Positions 1 to 8,392 of a stretch of 54,009 nt of DNA are shown here, piece after piece. Made by a program: the position numbers and the translations under genes. Source of the stretch: a virus (taxonomy: Duplodnaviria > Caudoviricetes); IMG/VR virus record IMGVR_UViG_3300018089_000003, positions 1-54,009 of that record. One strand, 5' to 3'. Numbering within the stretch: position 1 is the first letter of the stretch; each line of letters begins with the position of its first letter. A model generated the notes under the pieces. It was not told the DNA's origin, did not search any database, and worked only from the letters and a program-made list of their open reading frames with translations.

Positions 1-442
1 CTCGTTCCGCGCCTCGCAGAGCGACGAACTGCACCTGCGGTTCCAGATGCCGCACGGCTGGGACCCGACGACTGAGGTTCACTTTCACATCCACACGATC
101 CCGCTGACGGACCCGGCGGCGGCTCAGTCAGCCCGCATCGAGGGCCAGTATTACTGGATCACGCACAGCGGAGTCGAGATCCCGGCAAGCGCTGGCTGGA
201 CGACGTTCGCCCTCGACTTCGCGATCGATCCGGGCGACGTGAACATGCAGAAGGTGGCACCAGTCTTCCATTCCCAGCCGCCGGCGGATGCGCAGGAATC
301 CTCGATCCTGCTGGTCTACGTGAAGCGCTCTGGACTGGACGTGGCCGACACGTACACGGGCAACCTGGCGATACTGTCGCTGGACTGCCACATTCAACGC
401 GTGAAGATCGGGACGCTCGCCGAGCTTCCGCAGCACGGGTGA
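1..442 (+). CDS. 5'-truncated head-module hypothetical protein (full 199-aa homolog at 52673-53272)
   Basis: ORF 47-442 differs from the C-terminal 131 aa of 52673-53272 at three residues. Confidence 0.85.
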   Translation, partial: SFRASQSDELHLRFQMPHGWDPTTEVHFHIHTIPLTDPAAAQSARIEGQYYWITHSGVEIPASAGWTTFALDFAIDPGDVNMQKVAPVFHSQPPADAQESSILLVYVKRSGLDVADTYTGNLAILSLDCHIQRVKIGTLAELPQHG

Positions 443-450
443 GGGGCTAG

Positions 451-657
451 ATGGCTGCGCTCGACTCGTATCTTCGAGAGGTGAAGCAATACGCCGACAT
501 GGTGGCGAGCGGCCCGGACGTGTGCGGCAGGGCCGTGGCGTGCGACTCGCGCTTTCTCGGCGATGTGCTTGGTGAACTGCTTGAGCTTCGCCAGCTGACG
601 GCCAGGCCCAACGGCCAGCCCTTACGGCGCACCGTCGACGACAAGGAGCAGGCCTGA
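451..657 (+). CDS. Small hypothetical protein, variant-A specific
   Basis: 68-aa ORF with GAGGGG RBS; absent from the right-hand copy. Confidence 0.6.
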   Translation: MAALDSYLREVKQYADMVASGPDVCGRAVACDSRFLGDVLGELLELRQLTARPNGQPLRRTVDDKEQA

Positions 658-830
658 TGGCTGACAAATCGGCGGAGGACTGGGAGAAGCGTCCCGTGGC
701 GGAGATGACGACCCAGCAGCTCATGCAACTGGAGTGGTCGTGTGGGCGCGGCATGTTCCTGGACCCCGAGAGAAGGGAAGAAGCCGATGCCGAGCTGACC
801 CGACGCGGCATCATGGAAAGGTACTGCTGA
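657..830 (+). CDS. Small hypothetical protein (57 aa, MADKSAEDWEKRP...), variant-A specific
   Basis: Read manually; TGATG stop/start overlaps at both ends; absent from the right-hand copy. Confidence 0.6.
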   Translation: MADKSAEDWEKRPVAEMTTQQLMQLEWSCGRGMFLDPERREEADAELTRRGIMERYC

Positions 831-1363
831 TGGCCCGAGGAATCGCAGCAAACGAACCGGTCGTTTCCCAGGCAAACACAGCCGATTACGAACGCGGCTA
901 CGACGCTGCCGGTCTCGGCAAGAGCAGGGGCAGCAAGGAGCGCGGCACGTGGGTCATCGACCGCGCCACGGGGCGCCTAGTGCGTCCCTGGGAGGCTACG
1001 GAGCTCGACGAGACGCGCTGGGCGAAGACCGCGCCGATCTCGGTCGACCGTCATTACGAGGGCGTGCGCTCGCCGATCGACGGGACCGTGTTCCAGAGCC
1101 GGCGCCAGCACAAGCAGTACATGAAGGATCGCGGCCTCACTACCGCCGACGACTTCGACTCGAAGGGCGGCTACTGGGACAAGGCCGCAACAAAGCGCGC
1201 CCAGGGCCTCTCGACGACCGAGCATAAGCGGGACCGCCGCGAGCGCATCGGCAAGCGGCTCTACGAGGTCGAGAAGCTTCCACAGAAGGCGTACGACCAG
1301 CAGGTCCAGGCGGCTGACCGCAAGCGGCGAGAGCGCGGGACGGCGGTGCCTACCGATGGCTGA
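830..1363 (+). CDS. Conserved podophage head-module protein
   Basis: RSPIDG..SRRQH..YMK..G motif typical of genes between portal and scaffold; homolog at 53281-53811. Confidence 0.75.
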   Translation: MARGIAANEPVVSQANTADYERGYDAAGLGKSRGSKERGTWVIDRATGRLVRPWEATELDETRWAKTAPISVDRHYEGVRSPIDGTVFQSRRQHKQYMKDRGLTTADDFDSKGGYWDKAATKRAQGLSTTEHKRDRRERIGKRLYEVEKLPQKAYDQQVQAADRKRRERGTAVPTDG

Positions 1364-1553
1364 CGCGACGCAAGATGAACTTGTCCGGGAAGCCGAAGCG
1401 AGCTGCTCCCGGGAAGAGATGATGGACGGCCGCGTCCGGCTTTGCCTCTCGGGGCTCGAGATGAGACAGCGAGGCATCAAGGCGGAAGGGCTCATGCGCG
1501 CCGGCTGGAGGGCTGCGGTGAACCAGGACCTCTTCGTGAAGTTCGCGCCCTGA
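1356..1553 (+). CDS. Small hypothetical protein, variant-A specific
   Basis: 65-aa ORF overlapping the upstream stop; absent from the right-hand copy. Confidence 0.55.
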   Translation: MADATQDELVREAEASCSREEMMDGRVRLCLSGLEMRQRGIKAEGLMRAGWRAAVNQDLFVKFAP

Positions 1554-1587
1554 GCGCAGGCAACTCCCCACCCAGGAGAATCACACC

Positions 1588-2781
1588 ATGGCTGACGAAG
1601 TGACCGATCGCAAAGAGATGCTCAGGGCGGCGTGGAACGCGGCATCTGCCGAGGCCGAGCCGGACGAGACTTCAACCGAGCCCACAGAGGAGCCGGCAGC
1701 GGAGTCCGCGGAACCCGCGGCCGAGCCGGCACAGGAGCCCGAGGAGGGCGCAGGCGAGGCTCAGCAAGGCCAGGCGGGGCGCGACACCAAGGGGCGCTTC
1801 ACGCCGCAGCCGAAGGGCGCGCAGGCCGCGCAGGAGCCCGCGAAGCCGCAGGCTGCAGCCGCCAAGCCAGCCACGCAGCCGGCGACGGAGCAGAAGCCGG
1901 CTGCCCAGCAGGCGCCAGCCTCGAAGCCTCCCCAGTCATGGACGGCAGCCGAGCGCGAGGTCTGGGGCAAGCTCCCGGCGGAGGCACAGCGCGCCGTGAT
2001 GAGGCGCGAGCAGGAGACCGCCAAGGCCTTCCAGGAGAACGCCCAGCTACGCCGTGCGGTCGGCGAGCTCGACCAGCGGTTCCAGCAGGAGACCGGCTTC
2101 CGGCAGCAGGTGAGCGGGCTCCTGTCGCCGCTGGCCGGCGTGTTCTCGGCGCAGGGCCTCGACCCGATGCAGGGCGCGGCCAACGTGCTCCAGAGCTACG
2201 CGGCTCTGACCCTCGGCAGCCGGCAGCAGAAGGCGGGCCTACTCGCGCAGCTCATCGACCAGTTCTCGTCAGTGGATGATGTTAACTCGATCCTCTCCGG
2301 GCAGGTGCAGGCGCCGCAGCCGTACCGGCAGCCGATGCCGCCGCCGCAGGCTCAGCAGCCGGTGAACGTCGAGGACGCCATCAACAAGGCCATCGAGGCG
2401 CGGCTCTCGGCGGCGCAGGAAGCCAGAGCGGACCTGGACTGGACGGAGTACCAGAAGACGAGCCCGGAGTTCCTCGACCATCCAGGCGTGCAAGAGAACA
2501 TGCAGATGATTCTCGACTCCACGCACGCCCGGGGCCGCAACCTGACGTACCCGCAGGCGTATGATTTCGCCTTGAAGATGGACCCTGAGATCCAGGGCAT
2601 CCTGCAGCAGCGGGCGCAAGCCGCTGCGGTCGCCGCTCCGAACGCGCAAGCGTCCACGGCGCGGGCACGAGCCGCCGCGGCAACGGTTCGATCCAAGCCC
2701 GCCGGCCCGGCCGGCGTGGTCGCGGATCCCAAGGACCGGCGCGCGATGCTTCAGGCTGCCATGGAGCGGCAGAGGTCCTAG
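1588..2781 (+). CDS. Capsid scaffolding protein
   Basis: Acidic low-complexity N-terminus, GRDTKGRF and PPQSW motifs, coiled coil; directly upstream of major capsid gene; AGGAG RBS. Confidence 0.8.
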   Translation: MADEVTDRKEMLRAAWNAASAEAEPDETSTEPTEEPAAESAEPAAEPAQEPEEGAGEAQQGQAGRDTKGRFTPQPKGAQAAQEPAKPQAAAAKPATQPATEQKPAAQQAPASKPPQSWTAAEREVWGKLPAEAQRAVMRREQETAKAFQENAQLRRAVGELDQRFQQETGFRQQVSGLLSPLAGVFSAQGLDPMQGAANVLQSYAALTLGSRQQKAGLLAQLIDQFSSVDDVNSILSGQVQAPQPYRQPMPPPQAQQPVNVEDAINKAIEARLSAAQEARADLDWTEYQKTSPEFLDHPGVQENMQMILDSTHARGRNLTYPQAYDFALKMDPEIQGILQQRAQAAAVAAPNAQASTARARAAAATVRSKPAGPAGVVADPKDRRAMLQAAMERQRS

Positions 2782-2911
2782 ACGGCCGCTTCGAGGAGCC
2801 TTCGGGCCCACCTCGCTGCGAGCGAGCCCCGGCGGTGGGGCGTGAGCGAGACGGCACGGCGCCGTCCCACGCGCAACGACCGCGGACAACTCGACTTGTG
2901 GTGAGGAGCCA

Positions 2912-3883
2912 ATGGCTGTCCCCAATCTGAGTGAAATCGCCACCGCCACGATCGACAACCGATCTGGAGTGGTGGCGGATCAGGTCACCGCTAACAACGC
3001 GGCCCTGACGTACTTCAAGAAGCGCGGCGGCATCAAGAAGCTCGACGGCGGCGACAACATCAACATCGAGATCAGCTTCCAGGAGAACGGCAACGCGGCC
3101 TGGTACAGCGGAACGGAGGCGATCTCGGTCGGACAGACCGACGTCCTGTCGAGTGCGCAGGTGCAGTGGAAGCAGCTCGCCGCAGCGGTGGTGATCTCGG
3201 GCCTCGACCAGCGCAAGAACCGGGGAGAGGCGAAGATCCTCGACCTGCTCGACGCGCGCATGGAGGTCGCCGAGAACACGCTCGCGAACTTCGTCGACCG
3301 CGGCATCTGGGGCGACGGGACGTCGTACGGCGGCCGGACCATCACCGGCATGGACGCCGCCGTCCCGACGACCGTCACGAGCGGCACGTACGCCGGCATC
3401 GACCGGCAGACGTACACGATGTGGCGGTCTCAGCTCCAGGACGACTCGGGCGCCCCGTCGACCACGACGATCCAGCCCCGCATGACCACGCTTTACGGCA
3501 AGTGCGTCCGTGGAACGGATCAGCCGGACCTGATCCTGTTCTCCCAGACCTACTGGGGGACGTTCATCGGCTCGCTCCAGGCACTCCAGCGCTTCGTGGA
3601 CGCCGGCAAGGCGGAACTCGGCTTCCAGGTGGCGAAGTTCCTGGGTGCCGACGTGGTGCTCGCGGGCGGCATCGGCGGGACCGCGACGGACACGAACGGC
3701 ACGGGCTACTTCCTCAACACCAAGTACGCGATGCTGGGAGTGCACACGGACTGCAACTTCCAGTCGCTGAACCCGGACAAGCGGTACTCCATCAACCAGG
3801 ACGCGATGGTCGTGCTCATCGGCTGGATGGGGAACATGCTCTTCAAGGGCCCCCAGTTCTGCGGCCGGCAGATCCACCACTAA
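2912..3883 (+). CDS. Major capsid protein (podovirus type)
   Basis: 323 aa with recognisable motifs (ENGNAAWYSG, ISGLDQRKNRGEAKILDLLDARM, GTYAGIDR) and head-module synteny. Confidence 0.9.
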   Translation: MAVPNLSEIATATIDNRSGVVADQVTANNAALTYFKKRGGIKKLDGGDNINIEISFQENGNAAWYSGTEAISVGQTDVLSSAQVQWKQLAAAVVISGLDQRKNRGEAKILDLLDARMEVAENTLANFVDRGIWGDGTSYGGRTITGMDAAVPTTVTSGTYAGIDRQTYTMWRSQLQDDSGAPSTTTIQPRMTTLYGKCVRGTDQPDLILFSQTYWGTFIGSLQALQRFVDAGKAELGFQVAKFLGADVVLAGGIGGTATDTNGTGYFLNTKYAMLGVHTDCNFQSLNPDKRYSINQDAMVVLIGWMGNMLFKGPQFCGRQIHH

Positions 3884-3912
3884 CCGCGCCACGGACTGAC
3901 AGGAGAAACTAA

Positions 3913-4449
3913 ATGAGCGACTACCGAATCATCGACCCGCTGGCCGGCTTTCCCTCCGTGACGGTCGTGGACACCGCCCCGAAGGTCCCCCTCGGCTTCG
4001 AGGTGCACGCGCAGGACATCAAGCAGGCCACCACCAACGGCGACGCCTTCGGCGTCTTCCGCTACTGCCGTGGCTCCAACGTGGCGTCGTCCGGGCAGTG
4101 GGTCCAGGTCATCAACGGCAGCGCGGTGCTCCTCGCTTCGGCGAACGCTGGCAGCCAGTTCCCGATTGGCGTGGCCGCCGGCCTCCTCTCCGCGACGAAC
4201 CAGTACGGGTTCGTGCAGGTGAAGGGCAGGGCCGACTACGTCCAGGGCACGAACACCGGCCTGACGCAGGGCATCCCGCACTACATCGGCGCGACCGCCG
4301 GCCAGCTCGTCTCGAACACGGCCGCCGGGCAGCGCGTGCAGGGCGCGATCGTCCCCTACACGCAGACCGCGACGTCGCTCGGCACCAACGGCGCCCAGGT
4401 CTGGGACCTCGAGCGGCCGTTCATCGCTGGCGTCACCGCCAGCCTGTAG
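3913..4449 (+). CDS. Putative capsid decoration/cement protein
   Basis: 178 aa, beta/Gly-rich, QYGFVQVKG motif, immediately after major capsid gene; AGGAG RBS. Confidence 0.6.
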   Translation: MSDYRIIDPLAGFPSVTVVDTAPKVPLGFEVHAQDIKQATTNGDAFGVFRYCRGSNVASSGQWVQVINGSAVLLASANAGSQFPIGVAAGLLSATNQYGFVQVKGRADYVQGTNTGLTQGIPHYIGATAGQLVSNTAAGQRVQGAIVPYTQTATSLGTNGAQVWDLERPFIAGVTASL

Positions 4450-4460
4450 TCCAACCGCGG

Positions 4461-4498
4461 AGCCGCCTCGGGCCTTCCGGCTCGGGGCGGCCCCCTTG
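4461..4498 (+). terminator. GC-rich hairpin after capsid/decoration genes
   Basis: GCCGCCTCGGGCC-TTCC-GGCTCGGGGCGGC stem-loop; weak U tract. Confidence 0.5.
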
Positions 4499-4512
4499 GT
4501 CCGGAGCAGCTG

Positions 4513-4878
4513 ATGCCCAACAAGAGAGACCTGCTCGGCGTCCCGGGAGCCTCCCGCAGCGGCATCATCGGCACGGCTACGGGATCCCTCACGGCAGCAG
4601 GTACGACACAGGCCACGGCCCTGGTCCTGAACGACGACGTGAACGTGCTGTCGACCGTGAGCGCTGGCAGCGGCGCCATCCTTCCAGCCGGGCTCGAAGT
4701 AGGCGACTCGGTGATCGTCGCCAACATGGGGGCGAACACGCTGTTGGTCTATCCGCCTGTGGGCGTCAAGTTCAACAACTACCCCGTCAACATCCCGTGC
4801 GCCCTTCTGCAAGGGCGCATCGCAACCTTCACCTGCGTGGATGCTTCAAACGCCAACGGCGCATTCATTGTGCAGTGA
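4513..4878 (+). CDS. Hypothetical virion-associated protein
   Basis: 121-aa beta-rich ORF with GGAG RBS. Confidence 0.6.
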   Translation: MPNKRDLLGVPGASRSGIIGTATGSLTAAGTTQATALVLNDDVNVLSTVSAGSGAILPAGLEVGDSVIVANMGANTLLVYPPVGVKFNNYPVNIPCALLQGRIATFTCVDASNANGAFIVQ

Positions 4879-4896
4879 GCCAAGGAGGAACTTAGC

Positions 4897-5625
4897 GTGG
4901 AGATCGTTACCCAGGACGATCCGAGCGTCATCGGTCGGCGCAACGTCGACCTCGCCGCGTCCGCCGCCTTGCACCACGAAGGCGGATCATGGAAGAGCCA
5001 GCGCACAATCGCCCTGCTTCCCGCCGGCAAGAACATCCCGACGCGGGTGGCCGTGAACCATCGCAACATCATCAGCCCGCCGAATCAGCCTTTTGCTTGG
5101 CAGGCATGCATCGGAGAGGAGGTCGGCCAAGGCTACTCGCTCATGCTGGATGCCCTCCTGGAGCATCCCGAGTTGCGGACGTGGGACTACGTGCTCACAG
5201 TCGAGCACGACAACCTAGTCCCGCCAGATGCGTACGTGAAGCTTCTCCGAAGCATGGAGGCTCATCCAGAGTACGCTGCGATCTCTGCCTTGTATTGGAC
5301 GAAGGGCGAGACCGGGGTGCCGCAAATCTGGGGCGACGTCCGCGATCCGGTGGTGAACTACCGGCCGCAGTCGCCAGAGCCTGGCCGACTCGTCGAGTGC
5401 TACGGCCTCGGGATGGGCTTTGTTCTCCACCGCATGTCGATGTTTCGGGAGCTCGCAGAACGGAAGCTCGAGCGCCCGTGGTGGAAGACGCGGGCGGACG
5501 TGGACGGCGTGAACACGCAGGACATCTACTTCTGGCAGCGCGTCCGGCCGCTCGGCTACCGCTGCGCAGTCGACTGCGACGTGAAGTGCGGACACCTCGA
5601 CACAAGCACTGGCATCGTGTGGTGA
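4897..5625 (+). CDS. GT-A fold (family 2-like) glycosyltransferase
   Basis: DYVLTVEHDNLVPPD, GMGFVL, QDIYF and D..VKCGH motifs. Confidence 0.7.
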   Translation: MEIVTQDDPSVIGRRNVDLAASAALHHEGGSWKSQRTIALLPAGKNIPTRVAVNHRNIISPPNQPFAWQACIGEEVGQGYSLMLDALLEHPELRTWDYVLTVEHDNLVPPDAYVKLLRSMEAHPEYAAISALYWTKGETGVPQIWGDVRDPVVNYRPQSPEPGRLVECYGLGMGFVLHRMSMFRELAERKLERPWWKTRADVDGVNTQDIYFWQRVRPLGYRCAVDCDVKCGHLDTSTGIVW

Positions 5626-5660
5626 CCCACACGCTTCTCTCTCCCCACCCAGGAGAAACC

Positions 5661-6242
5661 GTGAAATTGGATCTTGGCTGCGGATCGCACAAGGAACAAG
5701 GATTCGTCGGAGTGGACGCCCAGAAGAGCGAGGGTGTGGACGTCGTCTGCGACCTAGGCGCAGAGAAGTGGCCCTTTGCCGATGACAGCGTGGACGAGGC
5801 CCGCGCCTCGCACGTCATCGAGCACCTGCCTGGTGAGCGCGTCGACTTCAAGCTCAACGTGGACTGGGAGCGGCACACCCACAGCGTGGCTCGCGTCTTG
5901 ACCTATCCGCGTGCTCACTTCTTCAACGAGCTGTGGAGGGTGCTCAAGAAGGGCGCGAAGGCCACCATCGTCACTCCCTGCTGGTCGTCCTGCCGAGCCT
6001 ACGGCGACCACACCCACCAGTGGCCGCCGGTGTCCGAGTTCCTCCTCTTCTACCTGGATGCGGACTGGCGCGCGGTCCACGCGAAGCACGATCCGGTGAC
6101 GTACACGTGCAATTTCGCGCACTCGCACGACTACATCGCGAGCCCTGCGTTCACCGGCCGATCCCAGGAGTTCATGTCGTTCGCAACCGCCTTTTATAAG
6201 GAGGCCGCGCAGGACATGGTCGCGACCGTGATCAAAAAGTAA
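5661..6242 (+). CDS. Class I SAM-dependent methyltransferase (type 11-like)
   Basis: KLDLGCG motif I, WPFADDSVD, SHVIEHL, ELWRVLKKG; GTG start after AGGAG. Confidence 0.85.
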   Translation: MKLDLGCGSHKEQGFVGVDAQKSEGVDVVCDLGAEKWPFADDSVDEARASHVIEHLPGERVDFKLNVDWERHTHSVARVLTYPRAHFFNELWRVLKKGAKATIVTPCWSSCRAYGDHTHQWPPVSEFLLFYLDADWRAVHAKHDPVTYTCNFAHSHDYIASPAFTGRSQEFMSFATAFYKEAAQDMVATVIKK

Positions 6243-6296
6243 CCGGCTCGCTAGGGCCGGTCAGGGGCCGCCCGATCCTGGGTGGCGGGCGGCCCC
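6243..6296 (+). terminator. Tandem GC-rich hairpins
   Basis: ACCGGC..GCCGGT and GGGGCCGCCCG..CGGGCGGCCCC inverted repeats. Confidence 0.45.
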
Positions 6297-6328
6297 GCTA
6301 TTCACCCAGACGCCCAGCAGGAGCACGC

Positions 6329-7354
6329 ATGGCAGCAGACCCACTGATCCAGAAGTACCGAGGGGGCGAGGCGTTCGTCGACAGCGACTCCGGTGAGCCG
6401 GTCAGCGAGGCCGGCGGGTGCTGGATCGAGTTCCACGCCGGGACAAAGCCGGATGACCTCCTGACGGAGGGCGGCGTCATCGAGAAGCGGCACCCACAGG
6501 TGGCGGAGATCCGCCGGATGGAGCGCGAGGCCCTGGCGCTGCTCCGGAGCGAAGACGTGTTCGCCGAGCCGGAGCCCCTGGTGGTGGCCGAGCCTCCGCC
6601 GATGGCTCTCCCGGCGGAACCGGCGGCGCCTGCGCAGAACGCCAACGACGCAGCCCGCAGGGAGCACGCCAAGGAAGCGGCGGCATGGCGCTCTCTCAAG
6701 GCCGAGGCGGAAGAGCAGTACCGAACCGCGGGCGCCGCGCATGCAGCCAGCGTCCAGGCGCATGCCGAGTGGGAAGAGCGCCGCCAGGAGCACGACAACC
6801 GCCTCAAGGAACAGGCAGCGTTGCTCAAGCCCCACCACGAGCACGATGACATCTGGGTCGTGCAGCCGGCGGGGCGGCCCATCTTCCGCGACGTGGAGAT
6901 GATCCGGATCGTCATCCCCGGGGACAAGGACAACATCGTTGACCGCGAGGTGCGGCCCTCGGACATCCAGACGTACCGCACGCAGTACACTCGCTGGAAG
7001 GAAGGCAAGACGCAGACGATGGCGGGCACGCCGCTCGCGCAGTGGCCCAAGGTCACGGCAGCGCAGGTCCAGGAGCTCTCGCACTTCCACGTGCATACGG
7101 TGGAGCAGCTGGCGGCCACCAGCGACGTGCACATCCAGAACATCGGCCCCTTCATGGCTCTGCGGCAGAAGGCGCGCGACTGGATCGCGACCTCTCGAGG
7201 CACTGCGCCGATCGAGGAGGCGCGCGCGGAGACGCGCCGCGTTGCCGAGGAGAACGCCGAGTTGAAGCGCCAGCTCAAGGACCTGGCTGACGTGGTGGCC
7301 GAGATGCGCGGCGGGAAGGCGCAGGGCCAGGTGCAGCAGCCGCAGCGGCGGTGA
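6329..7354 (+). CDS. Conserved podophage protein downstream of capsid
   Basis: C-terminal IPGDKDNIVDR...GTPLAQWP...TVEQLA motifs; AGGAG RBS. Confidence 0.75.
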   Translation: MAADPLIQKYRGGEAFVDSDSGEPVSEAGGCWIEFHAGTKPDDLLTEGGVIEKRHPQVAEIRRMEREALALLRSEDVFAEPEPLVVAEPPPMALPAEPAAPAQNANDAARREHAKEAAAWRSLKAEAEEQYRTAGAAHAASVQAHAEWEERRQEHDNRLKEQAALLKPHHEHDDIWVVQPAGRPIFRDVEMIRIVIPGDKDNIVDREVRPSDIQTYRTQYTRWKEGKTQTMAGTPLAQWPKVTAAQVQELSHFHVHTVEQLAATSDVHIQNIGPFMALRQKARDWIATSRGTAPIEEARAETRRVAEENAELKRQLKDLADVVAEMRGGKAQGQVQQPQRR

Positions 7355-7369
7355 TAGGGGGACGGGCCT

Positions 7370-8392
7370 GTGGCTGCTACGGACTACGACCTCTTTTTCG
7401 GCACCAGCAACACGGGCCTGTCCCCGACGTTTCTCGTCTACGTCGATGCCACCAGCGGTGCGTCGCTGTCCGCTCCGACGCTGGCCGAGGTGTCCGGATC
7501 CCCTGGCCTGTATCGGTTCAGCGTCGACTGGGCCACGGTCGGCGCAGCGTCGATCCGCTACATCACGAGCAGTCTCAACGGCGTCCAACTCGAGGACACC
7601 ATCACGTCCTCGCCGTCACCGGGTACGGTGACCCCCTCGGCCCGCGTGCAGAACCTGGCACTCTACCCGACCGCGAAGACGGTGCTGAACCGGACAGCAT
7701 CGCAGGTGGGTCTGACGCAGCTCGACGACCCGTACGCGTCCACGGACCAGGCGTGGGTGCTCCTGCGCGATCTGCTCATCTCGGCGGGAAGCGATCTCCA
7801 GCGCGATGGCCCGGACGACGGCTGGACCAACTTCATTCAGCCGGCCAGCTTCGCCACGGACGGCGTGACGCAGAGCTATATGCTGCCGAGCGACTTCCGG
7901 GCGATCGTCGCCGACACGATGTGGAACCGCTCGACACGCTTCCCTGGGGTGGGGCCGCTGTCTCAGCAGCAGGTGGCGGCGCTCCAGGCGCGGCTGGTCG
8001 CGGTGGTCATTCGCTACGTGTATCAGATCGTCGGCGGGATGCTCATCTCCCCGGTGGTGCCTCCCGCCGGCGCCACGATCGCATTCACGTACGTGTCGTC
8101 GTACTGGGTGCAGAGCTCGGCCGCCTCCGCTCCGGACCAGGACAGGCCCGCAGCGAGCACGGATCGGCTCCTCTTCGACGAAGAGCTCCTCATCTCGCTG
8201 CTCAAGCTCAAATACCTGGCGGAGAAGGGATTCGACACGACGCGCGCTCAGTACGACTACGACCGCCACCTCGAGAGCTACATCAGCAGGAACGACCCGA
8301 TCTCCGTGCTCAGTCTGGGCGGAGGTACGGTGCGCTCGTTCGATCGAATGATCGACGGGAACAACGTCCCCGAGGGGAACTGGGGCCTCTGA
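7370..8392 (+). CDS. Head-tail adaptor / tail tubular protein with N-terminal extension
   Basis: Y.LPSDF..IV.DTMWNRS motif, GPLS.QQ, KYLAEKGFD; synteny before nozzle gene. Confidence 0.7.
   Translation: MAATDYDLFFGTSNTGLSPTFLVYVDATSGASLSAPTLAEVSGSPGLYRFSVDWATVGAASIRYITSSLNGVQLEDTITSSPSPGTVTPSARVQNLALYPTAKTVLNRTASQVGLTQLDDPYASTDQAWVLLRDLLISAGSDLQRDGPDDGWTNFIQPASFATDGVTQSYMLPSDFRAIVADTMWNRSTRFPGVGPLSQQQVAALQARLVAVVIRYVYQIVGGMLISPVVPPAGATIAFTYVSSYWVQSSAASAPDQDRPAASTDRLLFDEELLISLLKLKYLAEKGFDTTRAQYDYDRHLESYISRNDPISVLSLGGGTVRSFDRMIDGNNVPEGNWGL

Larger units (their letters stand above)
1..1752 (+). repeat. Left copy (variant A) of imperfect long direct repeat
   Basis: 1-442 aligns with 52831-53272, 830-1357 with 53281-53808, and 1588 onward with 53842-54009, with substitutions and indels. 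Confidence 0.95.

Noticed and set aside
1-1752. True direct terminal repeat
   Set aside because: Copies differ by many substitutions and gene-sized indels, and start in the middle of a gene.
2381-3892. Long antisense or alternate-frame ORFs (e.g. 2381-3892, 22853-24445, 36565-38196, 48641-49999)
   Set aside because: Arg/Pro/Ala-rich shadow frames expected in high-GC DNA; they overlap well-supported genes and show no motifs.
7351-8391. 892-aa nozzle and 1049-aa tailspike as given by the ORF track
   Set aside because: N-terminal extensions overlap real genes in other frames; coupled ATG starts at 8392 and 18959 fit better.
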